Shown here in pieces: positions 25,801-40,800 of a stretch of DNA of 64,000 nucleotides. The stretch lies in the NCBI GenBank assembly GCA_964188305.1, contig OZ076887.1. One strand, written 5' to 3'. Source of the DNA: Podarcis bocagei (Eukaryota). Position 1 is the first letter of the stretch, and the number at the start of each line of letters is the position of its first letter. The notes beneath the pieces were generated by a model. It did not search any database. It was not told where the DNA came from and saw only the letters and a list, made by a program, of their open reading frames with translations. The translations under genes and the position numbers were made by a program.

Positions 25801-28800
25801 TTAGCTTCAGTCTGTAAGAAGTAGCTGCCCGATGAGCTGTCCATTTGATGCAGAAAGTGTCCCATCCCACATTATAACTTGTTAGGTCAGTGACATTTAA
25901 ATACACTGCAAAGCATGAAAGAAAAATTTCCATGAACTACAAGATGAAAGCTAAAAGCAAATTATGAAACTATGATGAATGTCTTTATTCTTAAAATATC
26001 ACTTATTCTACCACAAGTAATAGGATATTGAACTCACACTGCAACTAATAGGTACTGTATGTGTACTGAGGGGGAGGCAAGAATCACATTTTCTCAGCAA
26101 CAGCAAGTTGCAGTTTTAGTAACTGGGGTATGTGATTTTATGATAATGAAAAATGTATTTGCATCCCTAACATAAAGCACAAGATAGCAGAATGGTGTTA
26201 GGTTCCTACACAGTAACCAAGAACTGCACATTTCCTGAACAATGCCATGTTTCTCTGAAAGCCCATCATAATCCTCCAACACTACCTGCCCCATGGGGTA
26301 GGCATGCTCTAACTAATGGAATCTCCCATCTGAGGTTATTTTTCTCCCAGAAAAGGCTCCTCTGTGTTAATATACAGTGAAACCAAAAGCATGAAAAGTA
26401 GTCTTACATGTAGTGCCTTGATCGACCAGAGGTGCACTGAGTCCAGAATCATACTGAGCATAAACATTTACATCATAGGAAGTACTAGGAGACAGGTTGT
26501 GCAATGTATATGAAGTCACATCTCCAACAAACACCTCCATGGGCTCATTGGTACCTTAAAAGAAAAAATGAATTTTCATTTGCCTTAATGAGAGCAGATC
26601 TCCAAGAGGCTCAGAGAGAAGACTCATTTTCACATTTATATCAGTCACATTCTCATAGTGTTTAAGTCTTGAAATGAACCAATATTAAATAATGTCAAGT
26701 GTACTTGAATATCTTAAGCTTATCCTTACCAACAGGTTTGTAGACAATTTTGTACCCAAGAACAGGAGATGGTGAAGGATCCCAGGCAACTCTGAACCGT
26801 GTGTACCATTCATCTGAAATGCGTATGTTCTGAGGTGAAAGCAACCCAACTGAAGAAGACAAAAATTGAGTATAAAGTTAGAATGCAGAATGGTAGCATA
26901 AAATGTTATTTCTATGCCTGTATGACATCTAGCAGAGGAATGGATTGGGCAGTGATAGTGATTAAATAACCCAAGGTGTTCACAGAGATCCAGGTTATGG
27001 TTGTAATTCTGCCATGTCTCTGTGTTGGGACATTCTATCTTTCCCTATGCAGACACACAGCATTTCATGTCGCATGTGCAAATATTTGAGGAACGCTGAG
27101 ACAGGATCTCAAATGAAGGTCAATTTGGCAAATATCAACCATGGCAGCAACTCCTCTACCACTACTTCTGGGGGGCGGGACAGTTAAGGACCATTTGCAC
27201 CTCAGTTGTTGCATATTATTTAACAGCACCTCAGATGTACCTGTTTTTCCATTTCCTGTCAACTGTCCACCATCTCCATCTTCATAAACTGCCACAACGG
27301 TAATTTTGTAGGGTGTATCTGACTGCAAAGGCTGTAGCAACACATTATTTCTTCTGCCAGGCACTGTTGTCTGGAACATAATGGGAATCGAGTAAATGCT
27401 GTAGAACTGTAAATTGCTCAAAGCTGTAGTAGTACAACTTGGAGTTCTACTCCACACTGAACAAACAGCTATGCTTTTATTCATAGGTTCCATAAAGCCC
27501 ATTAGCAAGGTTCCATTCACATAAAACACTCCTGCTGAGGGAAGGGGTACATGGCATTCTTTTATTCCCCATATCTCTTGAAGCTCCTTGTACAGTGCAT
27601 ATGGGGAGCTTCTGGAACAATTTGAAAGGTGGCACAGGGGAAAATGGAGAGCATCATTTCTGTCATCTCCAGCCTTCACTAGCAGAAGGATCTGATCCTA
27701 CTATGAATGAAGGGCAGTTCTGGATCCAAACCAATGCATGGGCAGGGGGGATAGGAAATATTTTCACTGTAATATTTATATAGGGTGTGTGTGTGTGTGT
27801 GTGTGTGTGTGATTATTTTCATTTCTATTTCTTTTCTAAAGTAAAAAGAACACAAAAGGAAAAGGATGATGAGCACATGGATTTGTATAATAAAGATACA
27901 TTTTTAAATAATAATTTTAGCCCCATCAAAATTAGTCTGCCTAGGGTAATAGATAGGACATTAATTTATGATATTTATATTTTAAAATGCCATTGTAATG
28001 TGGATAAAGTGATGTTTGTTACCAATGGGAATTTTTTTAGAGCAGCATCTGGCAACACTCAAGCATATTGCCAAACATGTCTGGCACACGTCCAGGAAAT
28101 CAAAGCCTTTCTTTCAAGGATAGCCCAACATCCATTTATATGAACAAACTGCATGTGGGGGAAGGTACTACTGTTTTACATGCACATTTAGAGAAAGAAT
28201 GGCAAAATAGCAACTAGTAGAGAGTGGCGGCAGACCAGAAAACCCTTTGGGATGGTGCAGTGAGCCTCCAATGTATGTAACAACTACAGTTTCTTTTGGC
28301 ATGTGAAAATAACAGGACTGTGTAGAATAATCAGTATACAGCCTGCAACCAGGGGCTGATGCAGGAAGAGAATGCAGAAGTACAGTAGAACCAACTAGTT
28401 CTGTCCTGTATACATGTGACTAAGCCCTACTTATTTCCATACTCAGATCACTTTTCTAGATCTGCACCTTTGTTAGAAAAACAACAGATGTGGGAGGAAA
28501 ATGCATGTTTTAAGGACTGGGGAGTTGTGACAGTAAACTATTCACCAGTTTGGAATGCAAAGTGGAAGGAGGGATTGAATTCACAATTCAATCATTCTTC
28601 ATCCCTGTTCCTTCATCCTTCTCAACCAGATAATCACACTACCATGGCTGTACTGTACTGTCTTGACTGGCAGCAGGGAAGGGTAGCAGACAAGCAGTTG
28701 ATGAGACTATCTGTGGATCAAGTCTAGTAACTGCATTTTGTAAATTGTTTCCTTCAAAATATATTTAAGACAATGGTTTGAAGAAGAAGTGACAACTCTT

Positions 28801-31800
28801 GTCCTTAGCTGTTTGTCTGAATGGAAACAGAATGGCAGAGAATGTGAGGACCATATCTCTGCTTCTGGTGAGAAACTGGTGGTCTGGAATAACTCCATCC
28901 AATTCAGTAGAACAAGCATTACACAAGCATTTGATCTAAAATGTGTAAGACAGAGACAGCCCTGGAAGAAAGTAGGGCTGTATACATACTCCCATTAGTT
29001 CTGCATTCTCTGTACTCCCAATAGTAGTCTGGGAAGCATTGTACACATGATAGCCAAAGTCCATATATATCCTAGATCTATCCTGTTGTTTCTTATGTAA
29101 TACTGAGGTTTGATACACTCTGCTCCAAATCAGCTTTGATCGGAACTAAGAACAAGACCCAGCCTAGCTACATTTTAAGACAGTAATAAGTACACAGCCC
29201 AGATGAAAAAAGATGAGAATTGTGGAGGGTAAGGGGTGGGAACCATCATAAGTAATATTTAAATGTGATGGTTAAAATGTCCTCTGGATAGTTCATATTT
29301 ATTTCTTCATGTTTCTGGGAAGATTTGCCTATAATCTCCCCCCCAAGTGAGTGAAATTCCAATGGTGAAATGGAGAGCACCATTTCTTTATTGCATGAGC
29401 ACCATTTTCAATACAATGTGCTTTCCGTATAATGCCGTTGTAGCAAAATATATTATCATTCAGAAGTAAGTAACCATCATGAACAATTAGGTGGTGTTTT
29501 TATGGGCTGAACTAAGTTTCCACAGAAGTCAGAAGAAGTCATGCCATCAACCTCCCTATGGGGGAATAATTTGGCTGCGCTGTGCATCTCTAAGAGAATT
29601 CCGCAGGCATTCACCGAAGTTGTGCTGCCAAATAAGGAGAAGGAAGTTCACTTGCAAATTATAAAAATCTTGGCAGAACTCCAAAAAAAAGGAAAAAAAG
29701 ATCAAAGCTGCAGACTGCCAATACCGCTCATAATAGTCAGATACATGATGGTCATTAGACACAGATGACAATTAAGGTTGCTCTCTGTTGATCTCCCCAA
29801 CTGCATAGAGCAGGCTCACAGAAATATATAGCTCCACAAAAGAGGAATGTGTACTGTAAGGCCAGTTAGAAATTGTCAAAGGGAACCAAGGTTGTAATTA
29901 AGATACAATCCAACACAGAGTTCATCAAACTTAAGTCCATTAGTATCAATGATCTTAAACATGTCAAAAGACCTTGTGTATGCTTAAATCTGCACTGGAT
30001 TGTACCAAAAAGCTCTGTACAGACAAATGTTGCTCAGAATAAAGTTTACCACTTGCTGCTAAGGAAGTACTTTTTCCATTTCAGTAGTCTGGTATCTATG
30101 CAAAATACGGAAAGAAGAGGAAGGAGCTTTGCTACACCATAAGAAACCTGTGCATTTATTTTTCTAACTAATGAGGAAATGTTTAGATAGAGGAAAGAGT
30201 GTACTCTGTCCAAAGGAGGACACATTCTGGGAGAGGGGAATATTCTTGAAAGGGTGTGCCTTTACTGTGGGTGGGCAAGGACTACTGAGCTCAGGCCTGG
30301 TGCTCAAAACAAACTCAAAGGTTTGGAATTCTTGAATTCTTTTTCACATCGCTCTGGTGGGTGGATCTTATGGCTTCGGTAAAAAAACAAAAAACAAAGT
30401 AAATCCCCCCTAGTTTTGCTTTTGTAGCACCACTAAAGCATGTCAAATATCAGAGATATCCCCGGGGAAAAATGAAATAATGAATGTGTACACTGAAGGG
30501 TAAAGGAAACACCTCCATAGATAACTATTGTCTGTACACAGACTATACACACTATGGTTTGGCTAATTGCACATGCTCATATTTTTGCAAACAGCAGACA
30601 ATGTATTTTTCAATCCATCAATACCTATGGGACAGGAAAATGCAAGCTTACAAAGTAGAATAAAATGATTCAATAGGAATGTAAACATGCAGAATCCCTG
30701 ATAAACTGACTTCCTCTGGAAGCTAAAGCCAAAAATACTTAAACTGAAGTAAATAAGCTGTGATATATTTCTAACATGCCTTCATGAGAACACTTACATA
30801 TTCATCTATGGGATCTCCAACCGTGGGAGAATATATGATTCTGTATTGCTGCACAGGTCCATCAGCATGTTCCCATTGGACGGAAAGGCTGTTTGTAGTA
30901 GGATTAAAGACTCTTATGTTCCTGGGCCCACTGCGAGGCACTAAAAGAAAGAGATAAATAAGCGCACAAAATGAAGTGGAATTTGGAAAACTGAAGTCTA
31001 GAAAGTAACCCTTTTTCACTGTATGAAGCTGTGCAATAGCTTATCTGCAAGTAAGACCTAATGCAGAAAAGTGACAACTGAACAATACCGGCAGAGCTTG
31101 GAGAGAATAATAATTCATAACATACAACTATATCCTAGCAATAAAACGTGTTTTCTGCTTACATGTCCTTCCCTGTCCAGGACTTGGATCTCCTTCTCCA
31201 TCAGCATACAAAGCAACAACATTGACAGAATAGGGCATATCAGGAATCAGACGCTCTAGTAAAATATTGCGGGTGTTGCTTGGTACCACAACCTAAAAAG
31301 AAAGCAACACTGAAGTTTAAACTGCTGTTTTCTTTTAAATTTAAAAAATCCGAGCTTGATAGTTTGAGAAGAAAGCTTCTTGAGCTCTTCACAAACAATC
31401 TTGCTCTTAGACAACTTTCCTTACACTTGAATGCTTTTTTTGATGTTGCTGTAATTTTTGAATGAACTAGAAGGGATATTTTTTTAAATGAAATCCGTCC
31501 CTTAATTTCTCAGACTAAATTAACCAGGGCCAGATTTGAAGTAGCGCCCTGGCAAAGTGCCCTCTGGCTGTCCTCTTCACAAACCAGTGACCACCCACTG
31601 GTGGACTTAATTTGCTGCCTGTTGACAGCAGCAACAAGCAGAGCTGTAATCTGCTTGCCACTTAATTTTCGACAGTACCATAGGCCACCACTATGTCGGG
31701 GACTTTGTGGCAGGTGCCAGTCTACACGGTAAGCTGTTTTTACACACTATGGTTCTTGTATGGAGCTACCATCATGCAGAAGCATTTCTCGCCATCCTTT

Positions 31801-34800
31801 ATGAGGCAGCTATAATGTATGAAGTTGCCCATTCATAAATCATAGAATCATAGAGTTGAAGAGTTGGAAGTGACAATGAAAATCATCTAGTCCAACCCCC
31901 TACAATGCAAGAATCTTTTCCCCAACATGGGGCTTTAACCACAACCCTGATATTAAGAGTCTTATGCTCTATGGACTGAGCTATCCCAGCTGTCATCTAT
32001 CCCTAACCTGATGACCTCCAGATGTTTTGGACTCCAACTCCCTTCAGCTCCAGAAACAACTGGAAGGCACCAGGTTGGCAAAAAGCAATACAACAGGGTA
32101 TCTGCTGAATACTGAGAATCTGTAGCATTTTAAGAGGGAAAATGTATTCTTTAATCATAAATTCATATAAGAGAAAGTTACCCCCAATCATGCAGCAAGT
32201 TCAGTGCATGTTATAGTTTGGGGTGCAGCCAAGCAGTCATCTGAGAGAGTTATTAGGTGGCGAAATTGGTCTGCTTCCCAAAATAAGCTGACTAACTTTC
32301 CTCCCATATTTCAACAAAGTTTGAAAATGAAACTGGCAGTTAGAAATTTAATGTTTTATAACAAATGATCCTGACATTTACCTTATCTGATTTTGGTCTA
32401 CCGATGTTTACAGTTAAATTAAAATATGTGCAGCAAATATAGAATGACATTCAGAGAAGTAGGATGGAATAGGACCCTTTATATAGATATTTATGTTTTC
32501 ACCAGAAATAAATCACCGTAGTATGCCTTTATACCCAATAATTCATATATTGAAAGGTCCAGGAGGTTAAATTACTTACAGATTCTGATGGCCGTGTGCC
32601 AAGCAATGGAGCATAGACAACTCTGTATTGCTGCACTGGTCCTGGTGCAGGTTCCCATTGGACATTAAGGCTGTTTGGTGTTGGGTTGTAAACTTGGATG
32701 CCTCTTGCTGTTCCTCTCATTACTGAATCAAAAATAATGTCAGATAGTTTTGGACTAAATAATAACTCCTTAGTTGCAGAGCCAGATAGCTGGAGAGAGT
32801 GGTTATAAAATGAATGGACTATTCTAAGAATGCTGTTGCCAAGGGGTGGGGAATCAGTGGACTTCAGATGTTGTTGGGATTCCAACTACTATCAGCTCAA
32901 ACTAGCATGGCCAATGTTCAGGGATGATGGAATCTTGAGTCCAGCAACATCTGGAGGGCTAGAAGTTATCCATCCCTGTATTTTCTCTTTAACACCACAG
33001 TTAATTGGAAATAAGTGCCATCAAATAAAATTGCATTTACTTCCAAGTAAACATGGATAGGGTTGGGATGTAAAATAGTGTAATCCTATAGATATTTAAC
33101 CTGGCAGTACTTCCCACTGAACTACACAGAGACAAATAAGATTGCATTGAAAGCTCATAACATGGTGGCAGAGACCTTATCGCTCAGAGGCATCTATATT
33201 CATGTTCTTATCCTACTCTGCATTAGAGAATTGGAAAATACCCTTTCACACATCCCTGTCCATAGAGGGAAGTGTGTGCAAAAGGGCCTCAAAGGGTTTT
33301 ATCTTAACTATCTGTACAATAGTATAATATGGTACGGTTAACTAAGTTAACTAAAATAAGTGGGTTTAAGTTGCTCAGCACTGAATTGTGGCTCAAAGTC
33401 CAATGCCTAAATATTTTATGAAGAAAAAACAACATAGTGTTACTTACAAGTTTTCCCATTGTCAGATGCTCGTCCTCCATCACCTTCTGGGTAAACAGGA
33501 ATCACAGTTACTTTGTACTGTGTGTCAGGCTGGAGATTTCTTAGAACTGCATAATTTGTGTTGCCTGGAACAGTTGCCTGTTGGGTTACAAAAGGAAAAA
33601 AGGAAGAGGGAATGGTTTTATTGGGATATTTTCCACCATATAAGGACTGATCTTCATGTTCAAAGGACAACAAGATGAGCCAGCTTAGCCCAGCAGTTCC
33701 ATCAACCAACGCATAGCTTGGATTGTGCAAATCAGCGGTTCCACCGACCAACACATTGCTTGGATCCTGCAATCGACAACAGTGGTTTGAAACCCGTGGG
33801 TGCTGCCTAGTGGTGGTGGTTGTTGCTGCTGCTGCTGCTGCTGTTTAAGGACAACAAGACACCTTCCTAGAATTATGAAAGTTCAGCATGCAACAGCAGC
33901 AACTCGCCAGGTGAGGCGGAATCGCTACCTGGCAGGTGGGTCACTGTTGCTTATTGGAAGGGAGAGGGGCATGGTATTGGGGAGTCTAGTGTGGTGCAAA
34001 TGCTCCAGCAGAGCAAATCTAACCTTTCCCATCTCCTTGCTGATAAGCAAAAGAATTTACCCACCAGGAGCCTAGAGTAGTAGCTTTGCCCACTCCAGCA
34101 AGCTGTTTCCTGCATGCAGGGAAAGGGTTGCTGCATGTTCTAATCTGCCCAGCCAGATGTCAACAGTAAGGATTGTGCCCTAGCTTTCTCCCTGGTTTGC
34201 CATTGCTCTATGCTCATAGAGTAGGAGTCAAACATATGAACTCCTCACCTGTACACTTAAGTAATACAGTCCCAAGAGGGTTGTACCATACACAATTTTC
34301 TGAATGGAAAATTCAGCTCTAAGTTGTGCCCCTGCCTAATTCTGAAACCACCTCTAGCAAAAACAGTTGCAAGTACAGGGCAAGTATGAAGTATACAAAA
34401 GTAAAAAGGAATACCAGTTCATCTGCACCTCCCGCCACTGGTGCATAAAGCAACTTGTACTGACGAGGGTTCCCTTCAGCATGATCCCATCGAACATTCA
34501 ATGTGCTGGTAGTTGGATCATAGACTCTGAGGTTCTTCACAGTGTTGAGAGGTTCTGAGATAAACAGAATGCATTTTCAGACTCAGAGGATCTTACTATT
34601 GTGCATCATGTTGCATCATGTGAGTGGCTGTGCCTAGCCTTGGTCAGTGACAAGTAACACTTTGTCCAAAAACACTTGCAAGATGAATCTAGTCTGCCAT
34701 ACTTGAGCACAAAGGGAGTTTAAAAATAGGAGATGCAGTTCCTTGCTGCTGCTTTGACTCACAAGGAGGCTTAGGATGGAAAGAACAGCTATTCATCCTT

Positions 34801-37800
34801 CCAACCCAACAGTTAGCCTGGCATGCTGCTCATGGCATGACTGAGTTGCCACTTGTCTTGTGTCTTCACTCTCAAGGGATGGGGCAAATGTGAATTGTAG
34901 ACTTGGAAGGAACCCTGAGGATCATCTACTCTAACTGTCCCATATGGGAATCGAACCTGTGACCTTGGCGTTATCAGCACCACGCTCTAACCAACTGAGC
35001 TATCCAGTTGTAAAATACTGATGTAACTCCATAATGCAGATATGGGGATAGAGAGGGAAGGATTTGTCAGTTTCAGTTCTCTGTTTCTCACTTTTCCCAA
35101 CTTAAATTCCACATTTTGCAGAAATTTGTGTTCATTTGTTTGTTAAAAAAAACACACCCTCATGAAATTCATCAATGTTTTAGTTAAAAATTCTCTTAAT
35201 AAATACATTTCATATGCATTTTGATTAATGTACACATTTTTGCAAACAATTATCCCTACTGCATTTTTGTAAGTTTTTTTCACTAATGCATTTATTTTTA
35301 TTCACACTTTCCACAATATATGCATTTTGGTAAAACAAAAACATTGGTCAGAGAACTGCAATGCAAAATTTGGATATATGTGAATTTCAAAGGATGGCTG
35401 TTCTCATATTGTTTTGGAAAGGGCCAGTTTGATAGTTTAGCCTTTAAATGACAACTGATTTGAATTTCTCCCCCATCCATAGATGGGGGATTTATTTTCA
35501 GGTCCAAGTGCCACTTTCCCTTGTGGGGAACTTTCCAGTAACAGGCAGGGCTAGAGGCAAAAGTGCAGAAGCAATGGATTTGTGTCTAGTAAGCTACATT
35601 CCAGCCATGCAAAAATCAGAGGCTTCACTACACTAGACACACAAATCTCTATCCCTCCGTTCAGGCAAATGAGAGGAATTAGCACAGGCAAGAACATTTA
35701 AGGAAAGCATATAGCAGAGCCAGTAAGGTACATGGCTTGGGGAATGGCCTAGGGAGAGCCTCAAGGGCTAGATAGAATGCCTGGGGGCCACATTTGTCCC
35801 CAAGGCCTGTGGTCATAGTGAAAAGACAGGATTAAAATATGACTAATAAATATTCTTCCCCACTCTCAACAATACAGTGTCGCTTATGACACATAACCAT
35901 TGAACTATTCCTACCATTTTGCCTTCCACTCTTTAGACTAGTGTACTTATCTACTTGTCTCCCACTGTTAAGAAAAAAAGGTATTTCTATTCTAGATAAC
36001 TACGAAGTATAATTTGTCTTAATAAAATTCATCTCTCTTGTTCTAGCCAACCATGTCAACCATGTCAGAACATTCAGAATGTTCCTCTTTCGCATAAAAC
36101 TAAAGTTTGAAAATTTCAAAAGATAATTGTGGCAAATTAATCAAGAGCACGGTTTTTGGAGAACATGTGCACATACTGGCTGCAGTTAAAAAAAATTAAA
36201 TCCAGGGTTTATTATCCTTGAGTGAAATCCATTGAGTAGTAATGATAAGGATCCAAAAGAATGTTGACAGCAAGGGGCTTTCCAGAATGTGGAATAAAAG
36301 GAGCACATGTCTTTGAAAGAACTAAATTTAAATAGAGGGGAAAGAAGAAAGTGTGACATATTCATATAAAAGGGCCAGGCACTACAGCAGTGGGAGCAGG
36401 TAGCCTTGCTGGTAGATATTTGTTGCTTCTTTTTGTTGGATTTAACAGGCTCCATGTGTGCTCCCAGTTTGAGTGATATAGCTGACAGACATTCATCCTT
36501 AAGCTTAATGTATTACTTACTTAAACAAAAATAACAGAGTATTGGGATGTGAACTCTGCCACCTATTACCAGTGACAACAAGGTCACTGACTAACAGGTT
36601 TCCCTGAAAATTGTGTAAATGCATTCAGCAGTCCAAACCTGGAAAAATAAATCTGGAAGGTTGCACCACAGATGAGTAAGAATTGTGTGATGATTGTGCA
36701 ATAATAATAATAAAAATATCCAGAAAGTCTCCCTCTCACTCTCTTTTATACACAAACAAAAAGAAAAGCTGCCAAACCTCCAAGATAAAGATTACAGATA
36801 TTTTCAATATGAAATTATATATAATTATCAATATAAAATCAGACGTGAAAAAAGAAGAAGGTATTTTCACTTTCAGAGCAAGTTTTGGTATTTCTCAAAA
36901 AAAGGGGGGGTGTTGCACACAAAGAAATGAATATCTGTGGGGACTTCAACAAAGGAAAAGCCAAGCCTGCCAACTTTATAAGTGATTTAGCATTACTCTT
37001 GCATAATTCTTCACAAATGAGAAAACCAAAGTTGTTTTACTTACTGGTTTTGCCACTGCCTGTCATTCGTCCCCCTTCACCTTCTGCATATATGGATGAA
37101 ACCGTAACACTATAACGTGTCTCAGGTTGCAGCTTCTGCAGTACAACACTGTTCTGCCTCCCTCCTACTGTGGTCTAAAAAACAATGGAATGAAATGTAA
37201 ATTGAAGGAGCAGGCAGCTAAACTCCAAAGATGCTGAAAGGATACAGTTTGTATATACTACAAGTATACAAGTTTCTGTTTTCCAGACAATACTGTCTGC
37301 CTAAGTCAATATACATTGTTTGACTTTTTCCGTCAGTGGATTAAAGAAAAAATACCAGAACTGCATTAGTCATTTGTTAAACCCATGTGAATAAAATATT
37401 AAATGTTGAATGATCTGAGCTCTTTATGGATCATCTTTCTTATTTCTACATATTAGTTAGTGAGTACAGATCTCCAGGTCCTCAATCTACAGCTAAAGGG
37501 CATATAAGGCCAATTCTGCTACCCAAAGAAAATTAAGCTTTATGTTTATTGGAACAGCAAAACATGATGATTCCCACATTGTCTCATGATCTAAATGCTT
37601 TGCCTATGGGCTCCAAAGAAATATCTTTGGCTTCTGCTGTGGCCAGTTGGACAGATATTGTCAGCATTTACAAAGACCAGACGCAACAAAGTTCCTACAT
37701 AAAAAGCATTTCCATAAAGAGAAAAGCATGTACAAGTAATAAATGAACAAGTAATATAAATACACTAGGGAGATGTGAATACATACAGCAAAATAAGAAT

Positions 37801-40800
37801 ACAAGAGTCCTGTTGGAGCAGAACAAATGCCTCTCTAGTCAGCATCCTGCTCCCACAGTGACCAACCATATTGCATACAACTGTGACACATGACAATTTA
37901 AAATAATCTGCATGCTTTTTCACCATGGTATGGCAGAAATCTGCAGTGTTTGAAAGAGCCTTTGGACAGAACACCACAGTAAAAAGCAATCCCTGGCAAC
38001 TGTTTGCTCTGCAGGCTCTGAGAAACTGATATTTGCCAGATTACATCTGAAAGACCACCATGAGTCATCTTGTGGGTTCTACTTATACAGGAAACAAATC
38101 CACTTTCTTTGATTTTGTAATATAAATACTTTTCTGCAGAACTGTAGAACATGAAAACAAAACAATCTGACAAGCTCATGTTTTCAAAAGCAGATATTTG
38201 TTCAGGAGCACAATGCTGCTTTCCCCCATTAGAGAATAGTTTCAGAGTTGGTTACCGATTGTTCAGCACCATCGCCAGTTGTAGGTCGATAGGTGATCCT
38301 GTACCGCTGCACTCGTCCAATGGCAGGATCCCATTTGACAGTCAGGCTATTGGACGTTGCATTGTATACCTGAAGGTTTCTTGGGGGACCTGTTGGAGCT
38401 GAAATGAATTTATTAAAGGGTTGTTTAGCAAAGAGATATAATAAACAACATATAATGAGTCATTCTCCATGACATTACTGAAAGTTAGCAGCAGCAGCAG
38501 CACCTTGGAATAACAATACACATATAGGGGCCTGCTGAGAACAACAAAATCCAGAATTTGGGCAAGATTATATCAGAATGACTTATATAAGAAGGGGCAA
38601 AGGAGAACTGAATGGAAATGTTGCGTGGAGCTAAACATGATTAATGGGGAGTAGAACATCACCAAATATACAAAAGTTGCTATTAATTCACCAAATTGTC
38701 ACTTTTTTAAAAAGCCACCCTATCTTTTGTATGGATGGAAAGTACTTCAGTGGACATAGGGTAATGGCAGCAACTTTTTTCTTCTGTCTGCATCACCTCA
38801 AACCACACACCCTCTGAAAAGCCTGCTGAAATTCAGGCAAACCTCCAGAGCAACACCCCACAACGCATGAGAGAAACTCAAGAAGGGACAAAGCCTGTGT
38901 ACACACAGGAGTACTTTCAGCAGTAGAGATTAAGGCAGTGGTATCTTCCCAGTAGTGATGATGAACTCGGGGCAGGGGTGAGGGGAACAAAGTGGCAGTG
39001 ATGAATTGAGGGAACTCTAGGATGGCAGAAGCTCTATAGGTGTATGCAGTGCCACCAACCCAGAGGTCACTTGACCTCATCTCCACCTCACCCTGATTTG
39101 CTAAGTGCTGCCACTGCCAGAATGACACCATTGCCTCTGCCTCTCTCCCCTTTTCTGAGTCACCACTAAGTATGCTGTATAGAAACATTGGCTTCTCTGC
39201 ATCCTGGCTTGGTTTGGACTAGCTCTGTCTTTTGGTATCTGTATAATCCTCATATATAAAATGTTATTAATGAATTCAGGCTCTTACCTGCTGTTGTCAG
39301 AGGCACCTCGGGCACTATAGGAGGGGGAGAAACACAAACAGAGCAAGTTTGCATTAAAAACATGTCTTTCATTTGAATACTGTTGTTACAAATTGTAATC
39401 CATGTATGAATGCATTTCAGAATTTCTTACATGTGGTCTCACTGCCAATCAGTTCATCACTCTCTGATTCATCGGGATAAATTGCAGTAACTCCAATCTC
39501 ATAGTGTGTGTCTGGGTTCAAATTTTCAAAAACTAGAGTATTTTCATCACCATTAAGAATTGTCTTTGGAAGTGACAGGGGATGGGGGGAAAGAAAGAAA
39601 GTTACTCATTGAGGCAATATATTTAACAATTAACATTTTTCATGGACTAGAACAGATCTTTAAATACAGAAATCCATCTACAGTTCTTTAAATACAGAAA
39701 TCCATCTACAATTGATCAACAGTGATTTATACACTGTGCGCTACAGGAAGAGGTTGTTATGTCCTTGAAAAATTAAGCCAACATGTTGGATAAATCTACA
39801 ACCCTATGTCTTTCAGAGCAAGGAGACCATCATCCTATGAAGTATTAGTCTCCCCCACCTCTGCCAATGGCCACTTTATGACAGAAAGCTTTTCATAAAC
39901 TACACTGAGGGAAATTAGGATGTGTATGAACATACCCCAGCTTCTGCTTCCAGTTTATTCATAAAGAAACCACAAGCTCTGATTCACACATAACACTAGG
40001 CCAGCCACTCTGTCATTTGTTTCCCCATTATCGAAAGACAGTGAGTAATTTGGCAAGTGTTTGAGCTGCATGCACCAGCACACAGCTTGTCCACGGCTAA
40101 TTATCCAACCATGATTTTATGGTCAGCTTTATGTGATAATGAACCATTTTATATGGACAGTGACAACTGTGGGATAAACTAGCTTCATATAGCCAACATG
40201 CTTAACTCTAAGTAATGCATGAAGGATTAAGAAGAGTAAGCTGTTCTGCCAGGCTTAGCTAAGTCACACCTCTTCACCCTTGAAGGAAAGGTTACCAAAC
40301 TCTTTGTTCTTTTCTTCTTCCACCACGTGAACTCTACTAAGGATGTTGAAGCTAAATGCTCCAAGCTTAGACCACATGGCTTTAGCAAGCCATCTTTGTG
40401 TTTCTATACAAATAATTTATAAACATTTTACTACTTTTTCAAACTAAGTTGTATTGCCTGTCTTTTCCTGCTATTGCATGAAAAAGCGCATGAATCTGAC
40501 CTTTGAAGAGTTCTTAAGTAAACCATTTTGACTTACCAAACATGTGGTCTCTTTCTATAGTAAAGGAAGTGGGTAACTTTGGAAGCCATTTAGAAGGGGA
40601 TATTTTAAAGATCTAACAGCCTATACTTCCATGCTTTACTTTGCTGCATGTTCTGCGATTTTAAATCTCTGCTGGGGATCATTCACTTTACCTCCCTCCA
40701 AGTGAGTTCCTTGGAGAGCGTGAGGGAAGAGGGAAGATCAGCACACAGCAGCAACTCAGGCAGAGGGTGGTTAAGTGAGCAGTGCAACCCAACCATAAAA

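Noticed and set aside
38256-38398. Possible frameshift at the G5 run in exon ~31
   Set aside because: Recounting gives GGT CCC CCA AGA (GPPR); the frame is intact and there is no sign of pseudogenisation.
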